From assembly GCA_964648665.1 (NCBI GenBank), contig CAZYOA010000003.1, forward strand, positions 17,449 to 81,448: a stretch of 64,000 nucleotides of DNA, written 5' to 3'. This stretch comes from an uncultured Planctomycetales bacterium. GTDB taxonomy: Bacteria; Omnitrophota; Gorgyraeia; Zapsychrales; Aceulaceae. Below the pieces are notes generated by a model. That model searched no databases and had not been told where the DNA came from. It worked only from the letters and a program-made list of their open reading frames with translations. How positions within the stretch are numbered: the stretch's first letter is position 1; every line of letters begins with the position of its first letter. This document shows positions 35,351 through 42,984 of this stretch, one piece after another. The position numbers and the translations under genes are program-made.

Positions 35351-38300
35351 ATGTTGGAAGCTTTGTTATATGTTGCTATGAATCAAGAAATTAATCAGAT
35401 GATCAAAAGAGTTGATGAAAAGAATGAAAAGGTGTTAGAGGAAATAAAGCGTAAATATGATCAAGCTCAGGCTGAGAATCAAACCTTTAGCCGGCTAAGA
35501 AGCTTTATGGGGGATGTTAATAATCAGCTTAAAAAAGAGAAGGGTTTAGAGTCTGATCAAAAAGAAGCGGGAGATTTACAATGGAGGATGGAAGAGGTTT
35601 TTAAAAAGGTATTTTCTGTGACTGCTCCGATTGGCATTAGAGGAGATAACCAGCTTGCAGATTTTGTTTCTTTTTCGCAGCCTGTATCTCTTAATTTAGT
35701 TATGTCACTTGATGATTTGCCAAGCCCAGAATTGCCAAGAATGTTCAAACAAAGCGCCTCATCGCAGATTATTAATTTCTTGAAGGTTAGACCTGACAAT
35801 GTTTTTGAACCTTGGGATATTCCTGCTGTTGGGTCAGGAAGTCTATCGGTGCAGAGAATTTTTGAAGAAATTAAAAAGAAACATGATATTGAAAGCATGT
35901 CTTTAAATGGTGTTGAAATTTATAATGATCAAAATCGAACACCTTTTGAGAGTGATAGGAAATTAGAATTTGTTGATAATGATAGACATGATGAGTTAGA
36001 GATTAGAATAAGTTTTCCTTACGGAAAAAGCGATAGGAGTATGCATTATAGAATTACTCAGAAAATAGACAGAGTCACTGTCGAGAACGTTACTGCTGGT
36101 ACTTCCAGCTCTGATCCGTTAGGAATAAAGAAGATTATTGTAGAGGATGTGATGACGGCCGCCTCACCGAATATAAAAAATACTGTAAAATCTAAAAAGA
36201 TTGAAGATGTTGAGAAAGGAAAAGTTCCTGCTAACCGGTATACTTTAGAAATTGGAAATTGGATAAATGATCCAGAGGATCGAGGCCAATCGGCAATGAA
36301 TGTTTTAAAAAAAGAGATTGAGCAGTCTATGCATAATTTTATGCAGAGATTTGTTGAGGAGCATATTCAAGCTATTAAAGTGTCAGTGAATGAATTGCTA
36401 TCTGATGATCAGCTTAATGCACTTTCGCAGCAGATATGGAATGCTGTTTCGTTTGAATCTGGAATTTATACAACAGTTGAAACTGGAGATCAGCAATATC
36501 TTTCTGTTTGGCCAGTTATTAATCAAGATCAGATAGAGGAAGGAAAATTATTAAAAGTTAAGATTGCCTCTTCGGATATCCAGGCAAGCATCAAAGCTCA
36601 AGAACTTCCTGGAATTGTTCAAAATCTTATTATTACGCTATTTTTACGTAATGTTGAATTTGCCAAGAAAGTGGCTCAATATCTTCATGATGCATATTAC
36701 ATTTCTGTCGGTGAAGAAGTCCCAGCATTTATTACAGAAAAGGATACCGGTGAAGATATTAATCGCAAGGTTGGGCAAAATTTACCTGGATTTATTGCAT
36801 TCTTAGAAGGAATTGTGAATATTGGTACGGAAACGCAACAAACACCGTTTCAGGTTTTGGATGACATTGTTAATGATCGTTTTTCCAATACTGATCAACG
36901 TATGGTTGAGTTGGCACAGATTGCACATGCAACATGGTTAGCTACACAACCGTTTCTTGGAGTTAATCGTCTCAAAAGACCAGTTGTTCAGACTTGGTTG
37001 ACTTTGTCTAATCCAGAGAAGGAAAAGGATTTTGTTCAAGTTAAATCAGCGGCAGTATTCTTTTTGAGTCAATTGCAAGAAACGATAAAGAATATTGAAT
37101 CTGAAGAAAATAGAAAAGCTGTATCTCAACAAGCTCAAAAAATCCTTAACTTGGTTAAGCAAACTTCAATTATTACGTCTCAAGACGAGAAGCGTCTAAT
37201 CGATGCTATTGAAACAGTGGTTTTCTTCCATCGCAATCAAGAAAGAAAAGATGGTAGTGAATATTCGTTTCATCCTTTAAAGGTTATGGAAATTAACAGG
37301 AATTCTTTTGAAAACAGAGATTTGTTTATGGATATTGTTGCTTTATTCCATGATGCTCGAGAAGATCAGTCTATGTTTTATGAGGCTTCAAAGAATTATA
37401 ATGCTTGGCAGTTAAGTCAGATGGTAGAAGGTCTTGGAAAGCAGTCGCAGATGCAACAGGAAAGCCTTTTGAAATTAGCAATTCGCTTGTTGTCTAAACT
37501 TGAGGGTGCTAAGTATGCTGATTTAAAAGACCCAATCTTAGAAATGTATAAGCGCTTAAGCGATCCAAGAAAAGTTTATCCTCCTCGAGATGGACAGCTT
37601 GGATACAATGATGCATTTGTTAGAGGTTTGCAGACTGTAAAAATGTCAGATATTATTATGAATTGGGGGGACATGAGATCTGTTTTTGATCACAAAAAAG
37701 ATCTTTCTGAAGAAGATTTAAATTTTCCAAAAGAGTTTTTTGAAAAAATTTTAGAAAAAGCAATCCCGATTATGGTAGAAGGGTCTAATGTTTTAACAAA
37801 TAAAGATAAAGAAATTTTTTATAGTGCGCTGATCGAGAAAACCAAAGAATACAGCGCTCTTAAAGAGGAGAAGTATAAGGCGTTGGCTAAAGCGGCTGAA
37901 GAGGCTCTTGGTAGATTAGAACAATATGCCGAAGGTTCAGGAGAAGTTAAACATGCTTCATCGCAGATGATTAATTTATTATCATCGCAGATTATTAATT
38001 TCTTGAAGGTTAGACCTGGCAATGTTTTTGAACCTTGGGATATTCCTGCTGTTGGGTCAGGAAGTCTATCGGTGCAGAGAATTTTTGAAGAAATTAAAAA
38101 GAAACATGATATTGAAAGCATGTCTTTAAATGGTGTTGAAATTTATAATGATCAAAATCGAACACCTTTTGAGAGTGATAGGAAATTAGAATTTGTTGAT
38201 AATGATAGACATGATGAGTTAGAGATTAGAATAAGTTTTCCTTACGGAAAAAGCGATATGAGTATGCATTATAGAATTACTCAGAAAATAGACAGAGTCA

Positions 38301-39667
38301 CTGTCGAGAGCGTTACTGCTGGTACTTCCAGCTCTGATCCGTTAGGAATAAAGAAGATTATTATAGAGGATGTGATCGGTCCAGAGATTGTTCCTGACTT
38401 TGGACTTTGGGATATTCCTGCTGTTGGGTCAGGAAGTCTATCGGTGCAGAGAATTTTTGAAGAAATTAAAAAGAAACATGATATTGAAAGCATGTCTTTA
38501 AATGGTGTTGAAATTTATAATGATCAAAATCGAACACCTTTTGAGAGTGATAGGAAATTAGAATTTGTTGATAATGATAGACATGATGAGTTAGAGATTA
38601 GAATAAGTTTTCCTTACGGAAAAAGCGATATGAGTATGCATTATAGAATTATTCAAGAAATAGACAGAGTCATTGTCGAGAGTGTTACTGTTGGCACTTC
38701 CAGCTCTGATCCGTTAGAAATAAATAAAATAATTACAGAGGATGTGATTGGCGCAGAGATTGCAGAAGAAAAGGGACGCATAAAAAGAGAAGAAAAGGCT
38801 AAAGTTAAAAGTGCCTCATCACAGATGATGCTTGAAGATGCTAATGGAGAAAAACCTAGCGTTGATCAAGCAAGACAAGTGGTAAGCAATATCGTTAATT
38901 TCGGTTATGATGCTCCTCAATTTAAACTAAGGTTTAGTGATCAAACAGTAAATCAATTAGCAGCATTATTACAATATTCTTCTGATTTTCAATCATTGTT
39001 TTTTAACGCCAAGGCTGTTCAGGAATCCTTAGCGAACGAACTTAAACGTGAGAATTTTAAAGGAATACGCAATAGAAGACTTAGAAAATTCATGAGAAAA
39101 CAAATTAGTGATCTTAAAAAAATGATCTTATATCTTGAAAAAAGAATTGATATTGATGAGAATCTATCTCCTGAGCAAGAGACTGTGAATAATGCTTTGG
39201 TAGGAATTCGTCGCTTGTATAAATCAGTCGGAAAGATAATTCCTGATGCTATTCAACTTGAACAAAAAAAGCCATTAGCGAACGTATCTGATCTGATTGT
39301 ATTTATTGATGAGGAGCTTGTAATTTTTAATAAAAGTCTTGGAGTAGGAGCAGAAACTCCAACCGGAGACATTATTTTGATGCAGGATAAAAGAGCAATA
39401 AAATCACTTAATTTAATAAGGGAGCAATTAGAGAAGAACGATTCTTCTAATCTTGGTGGTATTGATTTAAATGCCGCTAATTTAAATTTGCAAATTAAGC
39501 GAAATGGAAGCGGCATGCCGCTTCCGGCAAGTGAACAGCCAATGGAATTGATGAATGTTCAAGGGTTTACGCCATTGATTATTAATGTTGTGCCGTTTAA
39601 TCCGGCTGTGATTTTGAGTCAACTTGAAGGAGGCGCTGATTCGGGGGTTGCGATGGCGTCTTCTTGA
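35351..39667 (+). CDS. Giant-locus ORF 2: 1438-aa mosaic protein (3 repeat modules, SpoT/Mesh1-like HD domain, C-terminal GGIDLN...IINVVP domain)
   Basis: It is in the same frame as ORF 1, with no SD before ATG 35351. The HD-type motif is 'FHRNQERKDGSEYSFHPLKV...IVALFHDAREDQ...VKMSDIIMNW'. Repeat modules lie at 35759-36153, 37982-38376 and 38407-38748. The start codon is uncertain, and the ORF may be a read-through continuation of ORF 1. Confidence 0.65.
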   Translation: MLEALLYVAMNQEINQMIKRVDEKNEKVLEEIKRKYDQAQAENQTFSRLRSFMGDVNNQLKKEKGLESDQKEAGDLQWRMEEVFKKVFSVTAPIGIRGDNQLADFVSFSQPVSLNLVMSLDDLPSPELPRMFKQSASSQIINFLKVRPDNVFEPWDIPAVGSGSLSVQRIFEEIKKKHDIESMSLNGVEIYNDQNRTPFESDRKLEFVDNDRHDELEIRISFPYGKSDRSMHYRITQKIDRVTVENVTAGTSSSDPLGIKKIIVEDVMTAASPNIKNTVKSKKIEDVEKGKVPANRYTLEIGNWINDPEDRGQSAMNVLKKEIEQSMHNFMQRFVEEHIQAIKVSVNELLSDDQLNALSQQIWNAVSFESGIYTTVETGDQQYLSVWPVINQDQIEEGKLLKVKIASSDIQASIKAQELPGIVQNLIITLFLRNVEFAKKVAQYLHDAYYISVGEEVPAFITEKDTGEDINRKVGQNLPGFIAFLEGIVNIGTETQQTPFQVLDDIVNDRFSNTDQRMVELAQIAHATWLATQPFLGVNRLKRPVVQTWLTLSNPEKEKDFVQVKSAAVFFLSQLQETIKNIESEENRKAVSQQAQKILNLVKQTSIITSQDEKRLIDAIETVVFFHRNQERKDGSEYSFHPLKVMEINRNSFENRDLFMDIVALFHDAREDQSMFYEASKNYNAWQLSQMVEGLGKQSQMQQESLLKLAIRLLSKLEGAKYADLKDPILEMYKRLSDPRKVYPPRDGQLGYNDAFVRGLQTVKMSDIIMNWGDMRSVFDHKKDLSEEDLNFPKEFFEKILEKAIPIMVEGSNVLTNKDKEIFYSALIEKTKEYSALKEEKYKALAKAAEEALGRLEQYAEGSGEVKHASSQMINLLSSQIINFLKVRPGNVFEPWDIPAVGSGSLSVQRIFEEIKKKHDIESMSLNGVEIYNDQNRTPFESDRKLEFVDNDRHDELEIRISFPYGKSDMSMHYRITQKIDRVTVESVTAGTSSSDPLGIKKIIIEDVIGPEIVPDFGLWDIPAVGSGSLSVQRIFEEIKKKHDIESMSLNGVEIYNDQNRTPFESDRKLEFVDNDRHDELEIRISFPYGKSDMSMHYRIIQEIDRVIVESVTVGTSSSDPLEINKIITEDVIGAEIAEEKGRIKREEKAKVKSASSQMMLEDANGEKPSVDQARQVVSNIVNFGYDAPQFKLRFSDQTVNQLAALLQYSSDFQSLFFNAKAVQESLANELKRENFKGIRNRRLRKFMRKQISDLKKMILYLEKRIDIDENLSPEQETVNNALVGIRRLYKSVGKIIPDAIQLEQKKPLANVSDLIVFIDEELVIFNKSLGVGAETPTGDIILMQDKRAIKSLNLIREQLEKNDSSNLGGIDLNAANLNLQIKRNGSGMPLPASEQPMELMNVQGFTPLIINVVPFNPAVILSQLEGGADSGVAMASS
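35759..36153 (+). repeat. 395-nt coding repeat, copy A
   Basis: I found 4 differences from copy B across 395 nt (gac/ggc, agg/atg, aac/agc, gta/ata). Confidence 0.9.
37982..38376 (+). repeat. 395-nt coding repeat, copy B
   Basis: See copy A. The three antisense track ORFs beginning MLSISCFFLISSKILCTDRLPDPTAGISQ independently mark the three copies. Confidence 0.9.
38407..38748 (+). repeat. Coding repeat, copy C (tandem to B, 372-nt period, lacks the first ~50 nt)
   Basis: It is identical to B positions 38035-38279 for ~245 nt. It then diverges over the last ~100 nt through mixed synonymous and non-synonymous changes. Confidence 0.85.
38891..39067 (+). repeat. Shared module copy 2 (IVNFGYDAPQFKLRF...AVQESLANELK)
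   Basis: Partner of 33836-34012. Confidence 0.8.
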
Positions 39668-39686
39668 CAGATTTTATAAATTATTT

Positions 39687-39714
39687 CCAATTGTTCGTGC
39701 GTACGAACAATTGG
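39687..39714 (+). terminator. Hairpin after the giant ORF
   Basis: 12-bp perfect stem ccaattgttcgt / acgaacaattgg with loop gcgt, 20 nt after the stop. There is no U-tract. A second imperfect hairpin (aatcactatt/aatagcgatt) follows. Confidence 0.45.
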
Positions 39715-39812
39715 AGTCGAATCACTATTAAGAAATAATAGCGATTTAGGAGTTGATTTTGTTGCACTATGAATTATAATCTACCATTGTTTTGTTGACA
39801 GATCCTTTCTTC

Positions 39813-39840
39813 TTTACATTTTACTAAAATATAATATAAT
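39813..39840 (+). promoter_or_regulatory. Candidate promoter for rpsU
   Basis: TTTACA (39813-39818), a 16-nt spacer, then TATAAT (39835-39840). Confidence 0.35.
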
Positions 39841-39902
39841 AAGTTTCTCATTAGCCAATGATTTTGGTTAATAATAAAGAAAGAAAAAGGGGTGATTTAC
39901 CA

Positions 39903-40064
39903 ATGGCGGAAGTCAAAGTAACGGACAGTTTCGAAAAAGCCATGCGAGTTTTCAAAAAGCAGTGTCAAAGAGAAGGTTTTTTGATGCAGATTAAAGAAAA
40001 ACGATACTATTCTAAACCTTCAGAAATTAAAAGACGTAAAAGAGCAAAAAGTAAAAGATCTTAA
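39903..40064 (+). CDS. rpsU: 30S ribosomal protein S21
   Basis: ATG 39903 follows the SD 'aaaagggg'. The 53-aa product reads 'FEKAMRVFKKQCQREGFLMQIKEKRYYSKPSEIKRRKRAKSKR'. Confidence 0.9.
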   Translation: MAEVKVTDSFEKAMRVFKKQCQREGFLMQIKEKRYYSKPSEIKRRKRAKSKRS

Positions 40065-40131
40065 AGATCTTTTGTTTAATTTGTAATATTTAATAGTTTA
40101 TTTCTTAGAACACATCAAATTATTTGAGAAT

Positions 40132-41688
40132 ATGCTTAAAGTAAAACGTGCACTGATCAGTGTCTCTGATAAAATCGGTCTTGTTGATTTTGCCAAGGGG
40201 TTGTCTTCCCTTGGTGTCGAAATTATATCGACAGGAGGAACGGCTAAGCTTCTTCAAAATGCTGGAATCAGCGTTGAGGAAGTTTCGGACTATACTGGTT
40301 TTCCTGAGATGCTTAGCGGAAGAGTTAAAACTCTTCATCCAAAAATTCATGGCGGACTTTTAGCTGTCCGCAATGATGCTAGCCATATGCAACAAATCAA
40401 AGAGCACGATATTGGCTTAATTGATTTGGTGGTGATTAATCTTTATCCTTTCGAAAAAGTTATCACAAAGAAAAATGTTAATCTTGAAGAGGCGATTGAA
40501 AACATCGATATCGGCGGGCCTTCGATGCTTCGTTCGGCAGCAAAAAACTTTAAGAGTGTTGCTGTTGTTTGCAATCCAGATCGATATAAAGGGATTTTAA
40601 AAGAATTAGACAGCAATAGCGGTATTTTGCCGGATCGTCTTTTGATTAATTTAGCCCTTGAGGCATTTGGCATGACGGCTCGATATGATAGCATTATTCA
40701 TAATTTTTTATCAAGTCGTTTTCAGGCTGATGGATTATCTGTTCTTCCAAAAGATTTAGCTCTCCGATTTTCTAAGCTTCAAGATCTTCGCTATGGTGAA
40801 AACCCTCATCAGGCCGCTGCTTTTTATCAAGATACGGATATGGTTTGTGGATTAGCTAAAATGAAACAGCTAAATGGCAAAGAGCTTTCTTACAATAATA
40901 TTCTTGATTTAAATAATGCGGTTGATGTTGTCAAAGATTTCGAGCTACCTGCAGCGACAGTCATAAAGCATAATAATCCTACGGGTGTTGCTGAAGATAA
41001 GAATTTATCTAAGGCGTATTCAATGGCACACAAATGCGATCCGCTTTCAGCTTTTGGTGGAATTGTTGGGCTTAATCGAAAAGTGGATGTCAAGACGGCT
41101 GAAATGATTTCAAAAAGTGGATTTATGGAATGTGTTATTGCTCCGGGTTATGTTGCTGGTGGTTTAAAGATTTTAAAGAAAAAAAAGAACCTACGCGTTA
41201 TTCAATTTGATTTTAAAAATATTCGTAAAAAAGACTTTGATTTTAAAAAAGTTAAAGGTGGACTTCTTGTTCAAGAACAAGATGCTTTAAGCCTTAATCC
41301 AAAAGAAATAAGAGTTGTAACAAAAAAGAAACCAACGGCTGCACAGATCGAATCTTTGCTTTTCGGATGGAAAGTAGTAAAGAATATTAAATCTAATGCT
41401 ATTGTTTTAGTTAAAGGTAAGAAAACCGTTGGCATTGGATGTGGTCAAACAAGCCGAGTTGGAAGCGTGAAGATTGCCATTGATAAAGCTGGCAAGGACG
41501 CTAAGGGATCACTTTTGGTTTCTGATGCGTTTATTCCCAAAACCGATAATATTCAAATCGCTGCTAAAGCTGGTGTTAAAGCGATCATTCAAACTGGTGG
41601 ATCTATTGCCGACCAAGACGTTATAAAAGAAGCTGATCGCAAGAAAATAGCTATGGTTATGGCTGGCATTCGACATTTTAAGCATTAA
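40132..41688 (+). CDS. purH: Bifunctional AICAR transformylase / IMP cyclohydrolase
   Basis: 'KRALISVSDKIGLVDFAKGL...GVEIISTGGTAKLL', 'GRVKTLHPKIHGG', 'IDIGGPSMLRSAAKN', 'HFKH' C-terminus. Confidence 0.95.
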   Translation: MLKVKRALISVSDKIGLVDFAKGLSSLGVEIISTGGTAKLLQNAGISVEEVSDYTGFPEMLSGRVKTLHPKIHGGLLAVRNDASHMQQIKEHDIGLIDLVVINLYPFEKVITKKNVNLEEAIENIDIGGPSMLRSAAKNFKSVAVVCNPDRYKGILKELDSNSGILPDRLLINLALEAFGMTARYDSIIHNFLSSRFQADGLSVLPKDLALRFSKLQDLRYGENPHQAAAFYQDTDMVCGLAKMKQLNGKELSYNNILDLNNAVDVVKDFELPAATVIKHNNPTGVAEDKNLSKAYSMAHKCDPLSAFGGIVGLNRKVDVKTAEMISKSGFMECVIAPGYVAGGLKILKKKKNLRVIQFDFKNIRKKDFDFKKVKGGLLVQEQDALSLNPKEIRVVTKKKPTAAQIESLLFGWKVVKNIKSNAIVLVKGKKTVGIGCGQTSRVGSVKIAIDKAGKDAKGSLLVSDAFIPKTDNIQIAAKAGVKAIIQTGGSIADQDVIKEADRKKIAMVMAGIRHFKH

Positions 41689-41694
41689 TATCTT

Positions 41695-42981
41695 ATGGTT
41701 CTTAAAAAAACCACCGACTATCTTGATTCCCTCATTAATTATGAACGAAAAGGCCTTCCTCATAAAAGCCGAACGTTTAAATTAACACGCATTAAAAAAT
41801 TTCTTAAACTTCTTAAAAATCCACAAAGAAAATTTCCTGTTATTCATATTGCTGGTAGTAAGGGTAAAGGATCGACAGTTGCATTCACAGCGTATATTTT
41901 ACGAGAAGCAGGAATGCGAGTTGGTCTTTATACGTCACCTCATCTTTTTGATCGAACAGAGAGAATTCGTGTTCTGAATCCAAATTCTTCAAAAAAGAAA
42001 CGATCGCAGGATTTTGAGGGAAGCATTTCTAAAGCAAAATTGAATACTACTGTTTTAGATATTTTAAAACAAATGAGCAAAGAAAATTTAATTGTAAGAA
42101 ATCAGATGAGCTTTTTTGAGTTTTTTACTGGCGTAGCATTTTTTTATTTCGCACAACAAAAAGTTGATGTTGCAGTTGTTGAAGTTGGTCTTGGGGGCAG
42201 GCTAGATGCAACGAACGTCGTTGATGGCGATATCTGTGGTATAACAGCGATTGGACTTGAACATACCAAGCAACTTGGAAATCATCTTTTTCAAATCGCT
42301 CGAGAGAAGGCGGCGATTATTAAGAAAACAACAAAGGCAGTTGTTGTTTCGCCTCAGAAAAAAGAGGTTTTAAACGTTATCTTTAAAAGATCAAGGGAGT
42401 TTAAAATTCCTGTGCTAATTTCTAAAAGAAATCTTATTAAATCTACGCCTCTTTTAGGTGCACACCAAATTGTCAATGCGTCCTTAGCAGCGACTATGGT
42501 ACAATGCTTTCTCCTTAAAGGATTTAAAGATTTAGAAAAACATATATTAAATGGAATAAAAGCAACTCAATGGCCAGCACGTTTTGAGATTTTAAAAAGA
42601 AATCCTGTTGTTGTTATTGATGGTGCCCATACAAAAGAATCTGCGCAAAATCTTTCAAAGACTTTAAAGGATATTTTTCCTGGCAAAGATGTTATCTTGA
42701 TTTTAGGGGTATCAGAGGATAAAGATATTAAAGGTATTTGTTTGGGTCTTAAGAATATTGCAAAAGAAATTATTTTAACGCGATCATCTCATCCAAGAGC
42801 ATTTGCATTTGAAAAACAATTTTCTAAAGAAATTTTCGGAAAAACAAAAATAACATTTAAATTAAATGCTAAGAAAGCTTTGGCCTCTGCGCTAAAGATT
42901 TCTAAAAAGAAAGATATTGTCCTGACGGCTGGATCTATTTTCTTGGCTGCAGAAATAAGAAAACAATTGGTTAAAAGGTAA
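41695..42981 (+). CDS. folC: Folylpolyglutamate synthase / dihydrofolate synthase
   Basis: P-loop 'IHIAGSKGKGST', 'YTSPHL', 'VEVGLGGRLDATNV', 'IDGAHT'. Confidence 0.85.
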   Translation: MVLKKTTDYLDSLINYERKGLPHKSRTFKLTRIKKFLKLLKNPQRKFPVIHIAGSKGKGSTVAFTAYILREAGMRVGLYTSPHLFDRTERIRVLNPNSSKKKRSQDFEGSISKAKLNTTVLDILKQMSKENLIVRNQMSFFEFFTGVAFFYFAQQKVDVAVVEVGLGGRLDATNVVDGDICGITAIGLEHTKQLGNHLFQIAREKAAIIKKTTKAVVVSPQKKEVLNVIFKRSREFKIPVLISKRNLIKSTPLLGAHQIVNASLAATMVQCFLLKGFKDLEKHILNGIKATQWPARFEILKRNPVVVIDGAHTKESAQNLSKTLKDIFPGKDVILILGVSEDKDIKGICLGLKNIAKEIILTRSSHPRAFAFEKQFSKEIFGKTKITFKLNAKKALASALKISKKKDIVLTAGSIFLAAEIRKQLVKR

Positions 42982-42984
42982 TAC

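Noticed and set aside
35557-38493. Three antisense ORFs starting MLSISCFFLISSKILCTDRLPDPTAGISQ (35557-35898, 37819-38121, 38281-38493).
   Set aside because: They are the reverse-strand image of the three coding repeats of the giant ORF, and their recurrence simply reflects the repeat. The sense frame is continuous for 1438 codons.
35759-38748. Diversity-generating retroelement (template/variable repeat) as an explanation for the near-identical repeats.
   Set aside because: The A-versus-B differences are a->g, g->t, a->g and g->a, which is not the adenine-specific pattern. No reverse transcriptase or accessory gene is present in the window, and all copies are in-frame protein modules.
32424-39785. 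Possible terminal inverted repeats flanking the giant locus (aattataagaatttcata on the left, tatgaattataat on the right, plus ttgttgca on both sides).
   Set aside because: The match is only ~13 nt with a 4-nt gap in very AT-rich sequence, and there are no target-site duplications or a transposase. It is not distinguishable from chance by eye.
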